Source: Treponemataceae bacterium (GTDB lineage Bacteria; Spirochaetota; Spirochaetia; Treponematales; Rectinemataceae). From it: a stretch of DNA of 64,000 nucleotides. The notes under the pieces are model-generated. The model saw nothing but the letters and a program-made list of their open reading frames with translations, searched no databases and was not told the DNA's origin. The translations under genes and the position numbers were made by a program. Location: assembly GCA_963667725.2 (NCBI GenBank), contig CAXXHO010000005.1:384001-448000 (forward strand), written 5' to 3'. Positions 62,998 to 64,000 of this stretch are shown here, piece by piece (position 1 is the first letter of the stretch; each line of letters starts with the position of its first letter).

Positions 62998-63918
62998 TTA
63001 CCTAATAGAAATTTTAGAATTATAGATATCACAACCTAATCCAAGATTTTTAACCATATTATGAATTCCATTGAATGCAATTAAGTCTTTTATCTTTGGT
63101 CCAATTCCGATAGCTTTTATTGGCAAAATACTTTTATTAATCGATATATACGGAATTATTAATCCATCCTTATTTTTATACTTAATATTTACATATTTTT
63201 TATCAGGAACTATACAAACTCTATATTCTGACTCGATAGAGTGAAAACTCTCTTTCATATTTAACATAATTGTTAGTAGAAAAAACCTATACTTTTTTAA
63301 ATACTCTAGAGCTTCATTAAGCTTTGAATATTTTATTCCAATTACAATTATCTGTGTTATTAAATTTATGTATTGCTTTAAAATATCAATTTGTACTTCT
63401 TTATTATATATTACTTTTCCTAAAAATACAGAATACTTTATAATTCCATCTTCCTCTTTTTGCTTATCAAGAGCAAGTAGGTTATTTAAGAAGCAATCTA
63501 TTAATGTATCAACTTGAAATTCAATAGAATATCCATCATTTTTTCCGTAATAATTCCATAAATGTAGACTATCTTTATCTAATGATGTAGAAAAAATAAA
63601 TAGTCTATCTGACAAGTAATCTATATATTTGCAAATATCTTCAATAAATGATTCTCTGATAATTTTATTAGATTTTTCATCTAAAGGAAACTTAGTCGCT
63701 TCTAAAATTTCAAAGAATAATCCTTTTGAATATTCAATCTCATTTGGATCATTCAAATATTTTAAATTTGATAATTGTAATGAATTTGATGATACTATGC
63801 CTAATAAACCATTTGCTGAAGAATAATGAAAAACGCTGTCGGACCCAGATACTGTGATCTCATCTCTATCTGGTAAAGCATCTAGCTTTTCAAGGACATC
63901 ACTAAACTCATTTTTCAC
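62998..63918 (-). CDS. DUF2971-family protein
   Basis: FHYSS, YLNDPNE, LWNYYG..GYSIEF, ESEYR, IGPK. Confidence 0.8.
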   Translation of the reverse strand: MKNEFSDVLEKLDALPDRDEITVSGSDSVFHYSSANGLLGIVSSNSLQLSNLKYLNDPNEIEYSKGLFFEILEATKFPLDEKSNKIIRESFIEDICKYIDYLSDRLFIFSTSLDKDSLHLWNYYGKNDGYSIEFQVDTLIDCFLNNLLALDKQKEEDGIIKYSVFLGKVIYNKEVQIDILKQYINLITQIIVIGIKYSKLNEALEYLKKYRFFLLTIMLNMKESFHSIESEYRVCIVPDKKYVNIKYKNKDGLIIPYISINKSILPIKAIGIGPKIKDLIAFNGIHNMVKNLGLGCDIYNSKISIR

Positions 63919-63946
63919 AATTTCTACCTTTATAAGAATTAGATGA

Positions 63947-64000
63947 ACCTAACATTGGCTTAACCTTTAACGCTCGTTCCCGAGCGTAGCGAGGGATTGG
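63947..64000 (-). repeat. attC (cut by window edge)
   Basis: ACCTAACATTGGCTTAACC... Confidence 0.88.

Larger units (their letters stand above)
12632..64000 (-). mobile_element. Integron gene-cassette array (continues beyond right edge; no intI/attI seen)
   Basis: 43 attC sites or fragments separating 1-3-gene AT-rich units whose two ends carry complementary R boxes. Confidence 0.95.

Noticed and set aside
12813..64000. Repeats as CRISPR, REP/BIME or MITE elements
   Set aside because: Units are about 125 bp, separated by whole genes, have R/L boxes with extrahelical bases and cassette-specific end pairing, lack TSDs, and no cas genes are present
1..64000. tRNA, rRNA, group II intron, retron or prophage genes
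   Set aside because: No reverse-transcriptase, phage structural or recognisable RNA-gene signatures seen by eye
1..64000. Assigning the host to a spirochaete lineage
   Set aside because: Gene style is suggestive but no marker gene is present in the window

Overview
The window opens with a GC-rich backbone locus for amino-sugar catabolism (ABC binding protein start, SIS protein, GntR/FadR regulator, nagA; 1-3.7 kb), then an attC-free tract of small minus-strand genes (3.7-11.6 kb). From ~12.6 kb to the right edge lies a large AT-rich integron-type cassette array. I count 43 attC sites or fragments (typically ~125 bp, with paired R boxes and extrahelical G and T), mostly in minus orientation. 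The array runs off the right edge, so any intI/attI/Pc would lie outside the window. Cassettes include eight toxin-antitoxin pairs with their own promoters, a Fic protein, small enzymes, candidate defence genes (HEPN, DUF2971, Zn-finger orphan) and one cassette with no start codon of its own for any substantial ORF. Thirteen IS copies are present (5+1 IS1634-type, 2 IS30, 2 IS3, 2 IS1595, 1 IS256); many sit inside attC sites, and they have scrambled the distal end of the array. The most notable observations are: (i) an intact IntI-related tyrosine recombinase lacking the IntI-specific insertion, itself packaged as a perfect cassette; (ii) a covarying mini-hairpin leader and linked trailer motif just outside the attC core; (iii) an IS1634 that repeatedly hits the same position of attC. 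All family calls are from motif recognition by eye, not database searches.
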